DNA from: Candidatus Cybelea sp.
GTDB taxonomy: Bacteria > Vulcanimicrobiota > Vulcanimicrobiia > Vulcanimicrobiales > Vulcanimicrobiaceae
Assembly: GCA_049578945.1 (NCBI GenBank)
Contig: JBAUMX010000101.1
Coordinates: 8,864 to 72,863 of the forward strand
Direction of reading: 5' to 3'
DNA: 64,000 nt
In this document: piece after piece, positions 54,152 to 61,880 of the stretch
Layout of the letters: each line of letters opens with the position of its first letter
How positions within the stretch are numbered: the first letter of the stretch is position 1
The notes under the pieces: generated by a model
Told to the model about the DNA's origin: nothing
What the model saw: only the letters and a program-made list of their open reading frames with translations
Databases searched by the model: none
Made by a program: the position numbers and the translations under genes

Positions 54152-56482
54152 GTGCGAGTACCTCTAAGCTGGCTGCGCGAGTACGTTGCGCTGCCTAACG
54201 ATGCAGGCGCCGTCGCGGACCGATTGGCGATGCTCGGTTTCCCCGTTGAGGGGATCGAGAAGCGACCCGCGATCAGCGGCGTCATCATCGGCAAGATCGC
54301 AACGGTCGAGAAACATCCCAACGCCGATCGGCTGCTCGTCGCGCGCGTCGACGTCGCGCGTTCCGAGCCGCTGACGATTGCAACCGCGGCCAACAACGTC
54401 GCGGCCGGCCAGACGATTGCGGTTGCCACGATCGGCGCGAAACTTCCGAAACTCACGATCGAGGCGCGCTCGATGCGCGGCGTTGCGTCGCAGGGTATGA
54501 TGATCTCGGCCGATGAGCTGGCGTTGCCGGCCGAATGGTTTGAGGACGGCATCATGCAGCTCGACGACGCAATCGCGCCGGGCGCCGACGTCGTCGAGCT
54601 CTTCGGTCTCGATTGGGACGTGCTCGACGTCGAGATCACCGCGAACCGGCCCGACTCGATGTCGATCCTCGGACTGGCGCGCGAGCTCGCAGCTTCGTAT
54701 GGCCTGCCGCTACGTGCGCCGTCGCTCGTAAATCCCGGCCAAGAGCAAGAGCCGGCGGGCAAGGCGCCGAGCGTAACGATTGGTTCGCCCGACTGCTACC
54801 GTTTCGTGGCACAGCGCTTTGACGGCGTGACCGTCGGACCGGCGCCGGCTTGGATGCGCGTTCGACTCGCGCTCGCGGGACAACGCCCGATCAACAATCT
54901 CGTCGATATCTCAAACTACGTAATGCTTGAAACCGCGCAACCCTTGCACTTCTACGACGCAAACGCAATCGCCGGCGAGCACTTAAACGTGCGCAGCGCG
55001 CGCGACGACGAGCGGATCGTCACCCTCGACGGAATCGAGCGCACGCTCTCGACGCAAGCGCTCGTGATCGCCGACGACGAGCGAGCGCTCGGCCTGGCAG
55101 GCCTGATGGGCGGCGCGGCGAGCGAAGTGACGCCTATGACCACCGCGATCGTGCTGGAGGCGGCGAACTTCAACGGCGCACGCGTTCGGCGCATGAGCTC
55201 GATGCTTGGCCTGCGCAGCGAAGCGTCGGCACGCCATGAAAAATCGCTCGCACCGGCACTGACGACGCTCGGCGCGGCGCGCGCGGCGCAGCTTCTATGC
55301 GAGCTTGGCGCAACCGCCTATTTGCCGCACGCCTTCGGCGCAGAGTTGACGGCCGCGGCGCCGATTCTCTTGCGCTCGAGCGAGGTCGAGCGATTGCTGG
55401 GCCTTGCGATTCCGGCGGAGCGAATTACGGCGCATCTTTGCGCGCTTGGTTGCGACGTCGTATCCACAACAGACGACGCGCTCTCAGTTCGTCCGCCGGA
55501 GTGGCGACGGGACCTCACGATTGCGGCCGATCTCGTCGAGGAGGTCGCGCGCGTCGAGGGGTACGAACGCATTCCCGCGCTCGTGCCCTCAGTGCCGGCG
55601 CACACCATCTCAAGTGCAGCCTTCGATCTCGAGAATCGGCTCGCGCGGTCGCTCGCGGCGCTCGGATATCGGGAAGTCATTACACATTCACTGCGCGCGG
55701 CCGGCGACGCCGAGTCGGCCAAGGTGAGAAATCCGCTTTCGGAAGAGCATCGCTTCCTGCGTGAGTCGCTCGCGCCCGGGTTGCTCGAGTACATGGCCGG
55801 TGCGGGCGCGCCGGTGCGCGTCTTTGAGCTCGGCGAGATCTTTCACGGTAACGAACAGCAGGTCGGCGAGCTAAGCTCGCTGGCATTTGGTTTCTCGGCG
55901 CAGCCCGCCGGCGAACCACCGTGGCACGATTCGTTCTTTCTGCGCCTTAAAGGCGATTGCGAGGCTTTGGTGCGTGAGGTAACCGGACGCACGATCTCCA
56001 GCCGGCCGGATACGCGGCCGGGCTTCCATCCGGGCAAGACGGCGATCGTCGCAATCGACGGCATCGAGATCGGCGTTATCGGTTGCGTCGACCCGAGGCT
56101 GGCCAAATCGCGAGATCTCAAAGGAAACGCCTATCTTTCCCTGCTCGACGTTCGCGCGCTGCCGCCGTACGCGACGCCGCGATACAGGCCGCCGTCAAAA
56201 TTTCCGTCGACCTATCGTGACCTCGCGCTCGTCGTCGAGATCGGCGTTGCCGCGCAAGAGATCGAACGTGCGGTCGCGGATGCGCTCGGTTCGATCTGCA
56301 CCGGCGTCACGGTCTTCGACGAGTACCGGGGACCGCAAATAGGGGAGGGACGCAAAAGCCTCGCAGTCCGCGCAACGTTGCAGCGCTTCGATGCAACGAT
56401 CACCGACGATGAAGCCGATGCGGCGATAGCGCGCGTGCTCGAGGCGCTGCGCGAGCGGTTCGGAGCCGTCATTCGCACGTGA
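54152..56482 (+). CDS. pheT: phenylalanine--tRNA ligase beta subunit
   Basis: 776 aa, GTG start. Begins MRVPLSWLREYV, followed by a tRNA-binding domain (HPNADRLLVARVD) and the B3/4 and B5 regions. Confidence 0.95.
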   Translation: MRVPLSWLREYVALPNDAGAVADRLAMLGFPVEGIEKRPAISGVIIGKIATVEKHPNADRLLVARVDVARSEPLTIATAANNVAAGQTIAVATIGAKLPKLTIEARSMRGVASQGMMISADELALPAEWFEDGIMQLDDAIAPGADVVELFGLDWDVLDVEITANRPDSMSILGLARELAASYGLPLRAPSLVNPGQEQEPAGKAPSVTIGSPDCYRFVAQRFDGVTVGPAPAWMRVRLALAGQRPINNLVDISNYVMLETAQPLHFYDANAIAGEHLNVRSARDDERIVTLDGIERTLSTQALVIADDERALGLAGLMGGAASEVTPMTTAIVLEAANFNGARVRRMSSMLGLRSEASARHEKSLAPALTTLGAARAAQLLCELGATAYLPHAFGAELTAAAPILLRSSEVERLLGLAIPAERITAHLCALGCDVVSTTDDALSVRPPEWRRDLTIAADLVEEVARVEGYERIPALVPSVPAHTISSAAFDLENRLARSLAALGYREVITHSLRAAGDAESAKVRNPLSEEHRFLRESLAPGLLEYMAGAGAPVRVFELGEIFHGNEQQVGELSSLAFGFSAQPAGEPPWHDSFFLRLKGDCEALVREVTGRTISSRPDTRPGFHPGKTAIVAIDGIEIGVIGCVDPRLAKSRDLKGNAYLSLLDVRALPPYATPRYRPPSKFPSTYRDLALVVEIGVAAQEIERAVADALGSICTGVTVFDEYRGPQIGEGRKSLAVRATLQRFDATITDDEADAAIARVLEALRERFGAVIRT

Positions 56483-57021
56483 TCGCCGGCATCGCGTGGC
56501 CGGACATCATTATCGCCATCGTGCTGGCCCTCGCAATCCTAAAGGGCTACTCGCGCGGCTTCGTTTCGGAGCTCGGGGGTGCCGTAGCGGTGACGGCTGC
56601 GCTCGTAACCCCGTGGTTCTACAACGGAAGCTTCGATGCACAGATCGAGAGCATCACCCACCTCGGCCCCGGATCGGCGCACGTCATCGGAATGTTTGCG
56701 ACCGGCCTTGCGACCTACATCGTGCTCTTGATCGTGGCGCGATTGCTTGGCACGATCGCGAAACTCCCATTGCTCGGATTTGGGAATGCGCTTGGAGGCG
56801 CTGCGATCGGCTTTGCGAAGGGCGCAGTCCTCTTATGGCTGGTGCTCTTCGTCGCGCTCTTCTTCCCGCTATCGAGCGATATCCGCGACGGTCTCCATCA
56901 ATCTCGGCTGGCGCCGTACCTGGTTACTTACGACGCACCGATCGACGATGCAATCCTTTCCACGATTCCATGGTTTGCGCGCCCGTTTGCGATGCCGTTT
57001 TTTAGGCGACACCACTTATAA
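56479..57021 (+). CDS. cvpA: CvpA-family membrane protein
   Basis: 180 aa with 4 TM segments. N-terminus WPDIIIAIVLALAILKGYSRGFVSELGG. The GTG start overlaps the pheT stop (GTGA). Confidence 0.8.
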   Translation: MIAGIAWPDIIIAIVLALAILKGYSRGFVSELGGAVAVTAALVTPWFYNGSFDAQIESITHLGPGSAHVIGMFATGLATYIVLLIVARLLGTIAKLPLLGFGNALGGAAIGFAKGAVLLWLVLFVALFFPLSSDIRDGLHQSRLAPYLVTYDAPIDDAILSTIPWFARPFAMPFFRRHHL

Positions 57022-58102
57022 CGCGCACCTCAAGCTCGATCGCCTCGATGGCGCCGAGCAGATCGACGTCTCCGACGTCGCCCATCGTACCGAAGCGAAC
57101 GATCTTTCCGGCCAGCTCGCCTTGACCCCCCGCGAGCACGACGCCGTGCGTTTCGCGCAACCGCTTCAGCAAGGCCCCGGCGTCGACACCCGGAGGCGGG
57201 TAGGCCGCGACGACCGTCGGCGAGTGCGCGCCCGGCCGAGAAACCAGCGTGAAGCCGAGCCGTTGCAGCGCGCTTCGAATCATTGCGGCAAAGCGAGCGT
57301 GACGAGCGAAGGCCTTCTCCATTCCCTCGGCGTGATAGCGTTCCAACGCGGTATCGAGCGCGTAAAGGATTGAGATCGGGGGAGTCCAGGGCGTCTCCCC
57401 GTTTCGCGCCATCTCGCGCGCGTGCCGCAGGTCAAAGTAGAAGCGCGGGAGGCGCGCGCCGTCGATCCGTTTTTGCGCGCGCGCGCTCAGCACGACCATC
57501 GCAACGCCCGGGGGCGCTGCAAACCCTTTTTGCGACGCGCTAACGACCGCATCGTAACCCCATTCGTCCATCCGAAACTCCGACGCGGCTAGGCCGCTCA
57601 CCGAATCGACGAGCGAGATTGCGCCGTGTGCGCGCAGAACCGTCGCCAGTGCCGCCATGTCACAAGCAACACCGGTCGACGTTTCGTTGTGCGTCAAGAG
57701 CACGCCGGCGATCTCTTTCTTCGTATCGGCCGAGAGACGCGCGCCGAGCGCGCTCGGGTCGAGCGCAGCGCCGAGCGGGGTATCGAATGGCTCGACGGCG
57801 CAGCCGTAGCGGGCGGCGATCCCAGCAAACCGTTTACCGAATGCGCCGACAGCGCACGATAGCAGCAACTCACCCGGCGAGAAGAGGTTGGTGACGACGC
57901 TCTCCATCGCACCGGTCCCGGAGCTGCCGAGCAAAAGCACCTCTTCGCTCGTACCGAAGACCGGACGGAGCGCCGCGTCGATGCATTCGAGGAGCCGTGC
58001 GAACTCTTCGCCGCGATGGTTGATCATCGGGCCGGCCGCGGCTTCGAGCACCGGCTGCGCTACCGTCACCGGTCCGGGCAGGAATAGCACTTGCCTTGGC
58101 AT
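57002..58102 (-). CDS. class V aminotransferase (alanine--glyoxylate / serine--pyruvate aminotransferase family)
   Basis: Start moved to ATG 58102 (MPRQVLFLPGPVTVAQPVLEAAAGPMINHRGEEF). PLP-lysine region SASQKGFAAPPG. Confidence 0.85.
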   Translation of the reverse strand: MPRQVLFLPGPVTVAQPVLEAAAGPMINHRGEEFARLLECIDAALRPVFGTSEEVLLLGSSGTGAMESVVTNLFSPGELLLSCAVGAFGKRFAGIAARYGCAVEPFDTPLGAALDPSALGARLSADTKKEIAGVLLTHNETSTGVACDMAALATVLRAHGAISLVDSVSGLAASEFRMDEWGYDAVVSASQKGFAAPPGVAMVVLSARAQKRIDGARLPRFYFDLRHAREMARNGETPWTPPISILYALDTALERYHAEGMEKAFARHARFAAMIRSALQRLGFTLVSRPGAHSPTVVAAYPPPGVDAGALLKRLRETHGVVLAGGQGELAGKIVRFGTMGDVGDVDLLGAIEAIELEVRVISGVA

Positions 58103-58116
58103 TGAATTACACTTCG

Positions 58117-59151
58117 ATGGACGTTGCAGGCATCCGCTTGACAGAGCTTTCGAGTTGCGCCGGTTGCGCCGCAAAACTCGGCGCGGCGGAGCTGCAGCGC
58201 GTTATGGAGCGAGTCACGCCCGCAACCAACGAGCGCGTGCTCGTCGGATACGGCAGCAGCGATGACGCAGGCGTCTTTCTGCTCAACGGCGATAGCGCGC
58301 TCGTCTCGACCGTCGATTTCTTTACGCCGATCGTAGACGATCCGTTCGACTTCGGCCGCATCGCCGCGACAAACGCGCTCTCCGACGTCTATGCGATGGG
58401 CGGGCGTCCGCTCTTCGCGCTCAACATCGTCGCTTTCCCCGAAGATCTCGACCTCGACATCTTGACGCAAATCTTGGAAGGCGGTACGAGCGTGGCGCGC
58501 GCCGCCGGCATCGCCGTTATCGGCGGCCACACGATCAAAGACGCGGAGCCGAAGTACGGCATGGCGGTAACGGGCATCGTCGATCCCAAACGCATCGTTA
58601 CGAATGCGGGCGCGCGTCCGGGCGACGTGCTGGTGCTGACCAAACCGCTTGGCACGGGAATTCTCACGACCGCACTCAAGCGCGGCGCAATTTCGCCTCG
58701 CGATCTCGACGAAGCCGTGCGCGCGATGACGGTGCTCAACGATAACGCCGCGCAAGCGATGCTCGCAGCGCAGGCGCACGCCGCAACCGACATCACGGGG
58801 TTCGGTCTGCTCGGCCACGGCGGCGGCATGGCGCGCGCCTCGGGCGTGCGGTTCGTCATCGATGCGTACGCCGTGCCGTTTATGGAACGAGTGCTCGAGC
58901 TCATCGACGCAGGCGTCGCTCCCGGCGGGACGCGCCACAACGCGGAGACCCACGCGAGCTTTACCCAGTTTGCAAACTCCGTGCCCGACGCCGTACGCGT
59001 CGGCCTCTCCGATGCTCAAACCTCAGGCGGATTACTTATAAGCATCGCCCGCGAGCGTCTTCCGATGCTCGTGGGCGAGCTTCAAGAGCGCGGCGCCCTG
59101 GCGGCCGTCATTGGCGACGTCCGCGAAGGCGCCGGCGTCGAGGTGCGCTAA
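58117..59151 (+). CDS. selD: selenide, water dikinase (selenophosphate synthetase), Cys-type
   Basis: From ATG 58117 it reads MDVAGIRLTELSSCAGCAAKLG, with Cys at K-3 as in the Cys-type enzyme. Then DDAGVF, STVDFFTPIVDDPFDFGRIAATNALSDVYAMGG and VIGGHTI. Confidence 0.92.
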   Translation: MDVAGIRLTELSSCAGCAAKLGAAELQRVMERVTPATNERVLVGYGSSDDAGVFLLNGDSALVSTVDFFTPIVDDPFDFGRIAATNALSDVYAMGGRPLFALNIVAFPEDLDLDILTQILEGGTSVARAAGIAVIGGHTIKDAEPKYGMAVTGIVDPKRIVTNAGARPGDVLVLTKPLGTGILTTALKRGAISPRDLDEAVRAMTVLNDNAAQAMLAAQAHAATDITGFGLLGHGGGMARASGVRFVIDAYAVPFMERVLELIDAGVAPGGTRHNAETHASFTQFANSVPDAVRVGLSDAQTSGGLLISIARERLPMLVGELQERGALAAVIGDVREGAGVEVR

Positions 59152-59156
59152 GGCGC

Positions 59157-60143
59157 TTAGGGCCGCACGGGGACGAGCACCATCAGCATCCCGTCGGTGT
59201 TGCCCGAGCTGTCGGTGTAGAAGCCGACCATGTCTCTTCGATCGTTTAACCCGTTGATCGTCGTCGTTCCGACGCCGTTGGGATCGTCGAACGAGGAGAA
59301 GCTGCTGGTCGCCGCGTTCATCAGAAAACCGTGCGTGGCGCCGTAGCTATCGACGTACGCCCCGGCGATATCGCCGTGGTTGTTGATGCCGAACGGCATC
59401 GTGACCGTCGAACCGGGATAGCTAAGATTCGTGTAGCCGCTCCCGACCTTGACAAACCCAATGGTTTCGCTGCCGCTCGTGTAGAAACCGACGACTTCGC
59501 CGGCGTTGTTGATCGAGGTCGCGGTAACGTTGGACGCGCCCGGCGGTGCGATCGAGGTGTATTGTTTGGTTACGCGATCCACCTGGAAGCCGAAGTTCGT
59601 GCCGCTTAGCGTATAGAAGCCGACGGCCTGGCCTGAGTTGTTAATTCCGAGAAGCTGGGTTACGGAACTGCCTGGCCAAGCATAGTCGCTAAACTGGCCG
59701 TTCCAGTGGATGAATCCGCGATTGACCTTCTTGCGGTCGATCCAGAAGCCCGCGGTGTCGTCGAGATTGTTGATCGCGGTGACCTGCGTCTGCCTCGAAT
59801 GGGGGAAGTTTTCGGCCGTGAAGTCGTGCGCTTTAAAGGGAGGCGAGACCCGATAGCCCATGTTCGGATGGTTGTGAGCGCCACTGCCGTAATAGCCAAC
59901 GATCTGCTTGGAACGGCTGATTCCGAGCAGCTGATTGAAGGTCAGATCGGCGACGTTGTTTATCGTTCTGAATTTGTAGGTCAATTTAGTGGCCGGGCTG
60001 CCGAGGGACGACGGCGTGATCCCGTTTAGTGCCGTTGCAGGTGTCGTCGACCCGCCGCTGCAAGCGGCGGCGATCGTCGCCAGCAGCACGGGCGCGGTTC
60101 CACGCGCTAGAAATCGAAAAGTCCCTTGACGCAAAGTCATCAT
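59157..60143 (-). CDS. repeat lipoprotein related to the HAF-type extracellular repeat family
   Basis: Lipobox TIAAACSG. Repeats include (G)INNxGxxVGFY, as in GINNSGQAVGFY, SINNAGEVVGFY, GINNHGDIAGAY, GLNDRRDMVGFY, and THGFLM. Confidence 0.65.
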   Translation of the reverse strand: MMTLRQGTFRFLARGTAPVLLATIAAACSGGSTTPATALNGITPSSLGSPATKLTYKFRTINNVADLTFNQLLGISRSKQIVGYYGSGAHNHPNMGYRVSPPFKAHDFTAENFPHSRQTQVTAINNLDDTAGFWIDRKKVNRGFIHWNGQFSDYAWPGSSVTQLLGINNSGQAVGFYTLSGTNFGFQVDRVTKQYTSIAPPGASNVTATSINNAGEVVGFYTSGSETIGFVKVGSGYTNLSYPGSTVTMPFGINNHGDIAGAYVDSYGATHGFLMNAATSSFSSFDDPNGVGTTTINGLNDRRDMVGFYTDSSGNTDGMLMVLVPVRP

Positions 60144-60287
60144 GGGAAGCTCCTTTTAGAACCTTTAGAACCTTAAGTTTTTGCAGTCTTACTCGACGGT
60201 GGGACGATGGGGTGAGGCAGTGCGCCGAGGGACCCTCCAACCGTACCACTGCCCCGCTAGCAGGTCAAGGAGAAATGCGGAGAGGGT

Positions 60288-61196
60288 TTACCTCCCGTCG
60301 GGGGCCGCGGAGCGAACGGACGACGTCAGCGGCGCGGAGGCAAGTTCGCTCTCGATCGTCTCGGCGAAGAGCCGCGTCGCCGAGGCGTCTACCCCGAGAT
60401 AGAGGCCGGGTTCGATCAGCTCCACCTCACTGACGCAGACGTTGTGCGAATCGTCGCGTAAGAGGTCGACGCGCGCGTAGAGCGGCCGCCCCGGCACGGC
60501 GCGCAGCGCTTGCCTAGCGGTTTCAATCTCGCAAGCATCCGCTTCAACGCGCGACGACCGCGCATCGCCGACGGCGAGCACCGTATCGAAGGGCTTCTTA
60601 ACGACCGCGTGCGAGTACCGGCCCGCGAAGAATACCAAAGCCCGTTCACCATAGCCGACGACGGCATCGAGGTAGGGCTGCACTAGCACGTCGTGCACCC
60701 GCGTCATTCGGTCGAGGTGAGCCTGGCCGGCTGCGTGGCCGGCGGCCGCTCCGCGGATGAGCCGCACCTCGTGCGATGCAGCACCGTATGCCGGCTTGAG
60801 AACGAGATCGGACCAGCCGTTGCCGCGCGCGAGCTCCACCAGGTTTTGCTTGGAGCCGCGTGCGATCCAGGTCGTGGGCACGACCCGCACGCCGCGTCGC
60901 TCGAGTTCGCGCAAATACGATTTGTGGGAGTTCCACCGGATCAGAAGCGGTTCGTTCTTCACATTCGTGAGCGTTTCGGCGCGCTCCAGCCATGCAAAAA
61001 ACTCTGAGTACCGGTGATGGTAATCCCAGGTGGAGCGTAGCAAGCAGAGCCGGCTCGCGCCCCACTGCGCCGAGGGATCGCTCCAGATTGCGATCGAGAC
61101 GCTCAATCCGCGATTGCGCAGCTCGTCGAGCAGTAAACGGTCGTCGGGATCGAGCGCCGGCACCCCCTCGCAAGTCACGAGCGTGCAATCAATCAT
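60288..61196 (-). CDS. ATP-grasp domain protein (RimK/glutathione-synthetase-like)
   Basis: 302 aa. Has DLVLKPAYGAASHEVRLI, VLVQPYL and ARVDLL...VSEVELIEPGLY, a typical ATP-grasp arrangement. Confidence 0.7.
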   Translation of the reverse strand: MIDCTLVTCEGVPALDPDDRLLLDELRNRGLSVSIAIWSDPSAQWGASRLCLLRSTWDYHHRYSEFFAWLERAETLTNVKNEPLLIRWNSHKSYLRELERRGVRVVPTTWIARGSKQNLVELARGNGWSDLVLKPAYGAASHEVRLIRGAAAGHAAGQAHLDRMTRVHDVLVQPYLDAVVGYGERALVFFAGRYSHAVVKKPFDTVLAVGDARSSRVEADACEIETARQALRAVPGRPLYARVDLLRDDSHNVCVSEVELIEPGLYLGVDASATRLFAETIESELASAPLTSSVRSAAPDGR

Positions 61197-61221
61197 CGCG
61201 GCGGGGAACTCGCGGGCTGCA

Positions 61222-61695
61222 ATGAAGATCGCCTTCGTGATTCTTCATACGCTCGATCGCGTCGATTGCTCGATTCTTCGCGAGCTGCAGCGAAGCGGAC
61301 GCGAATCGTTCGCGGAGATCGGCAAGCGCGTCGGCCTCTCGGCAACCAGCGTCGCGGAGCGAATTCGTCGTCTCGAAACGGCCGGCATCATCGAAGGTTA
61401 TCAGGCGCGACTCTCCGCAGCGAAGCTGGGATATCCGGTAACGGCCTTCATCTTGGCGCGCCCGAACGGTCCGGATGCGCGCTTCGTCAGCATCGTCGGC
61501 AAACGGTCCGAGGTCCGTGCCTGCTACCGCGTGACGGGGGACTTCTCGTTCATCGCGCAGGCCGTCGTGCGCGACGTGCAACATCTCGAAGAGCTGCTGA
61601 ACTATCTCGAGCCCGCATCGGTCCACATCGTCACGCTCGTCGTGCTCTCCACTTCGTTCGAAGGCATTCCGGTCAGCGTCGGCGACGGTCAGTGA
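61222..61695 (+). CDS. Lrp/AsnC-family transcriptional regulator
   Basis: From ATG 61222: LDRVDCSILRELQRSGRESFAEIGKRVGLSATSVAERIRRLETAGIIEGY, followed by a RAM-like C-terminal domain. Confidence 0.88.
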   Translation: MKIAFVILHTLDRVDCSILRELQRSGRESFAEIGKRVGLSATSVAERIRRLETAGIIEGYQARLSAAKLGYPVTAFILARPNGPDARFVSIVGKRSEVRACYRVTGDFSFIAQAVVRDVQHLEELLNYLEPASVHIVTLVVLSTSFEGIPVSVGDGQ

Positions 61696-61880
61696 CCGCC
61701 GGCGATCGCCCTACCCCACAATACCACGCGTAGCGGTCGTCGCTACAGCGGCGCGCCTGCCGAATACGACAGTTGCGCCGTGCAAAACGAGGAATTTAGA
61801 GCCTCCTTCCGAGGTTAAGAGTCCTCAAAGGTCAGGCGTCGCGCCGTGATGCGACGAGCCCGCCGAAGCGGGCGATGCGT

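Noticed and set aside
53005-54762. 585-aa - strand ORF
   Set aside because: It is antisense to pheS and pheT, with Ser/Ala/Arg-rich low complexity.
58066-59019. 317-aa - strand ORF
   Set aside because: It is antisense to selD.
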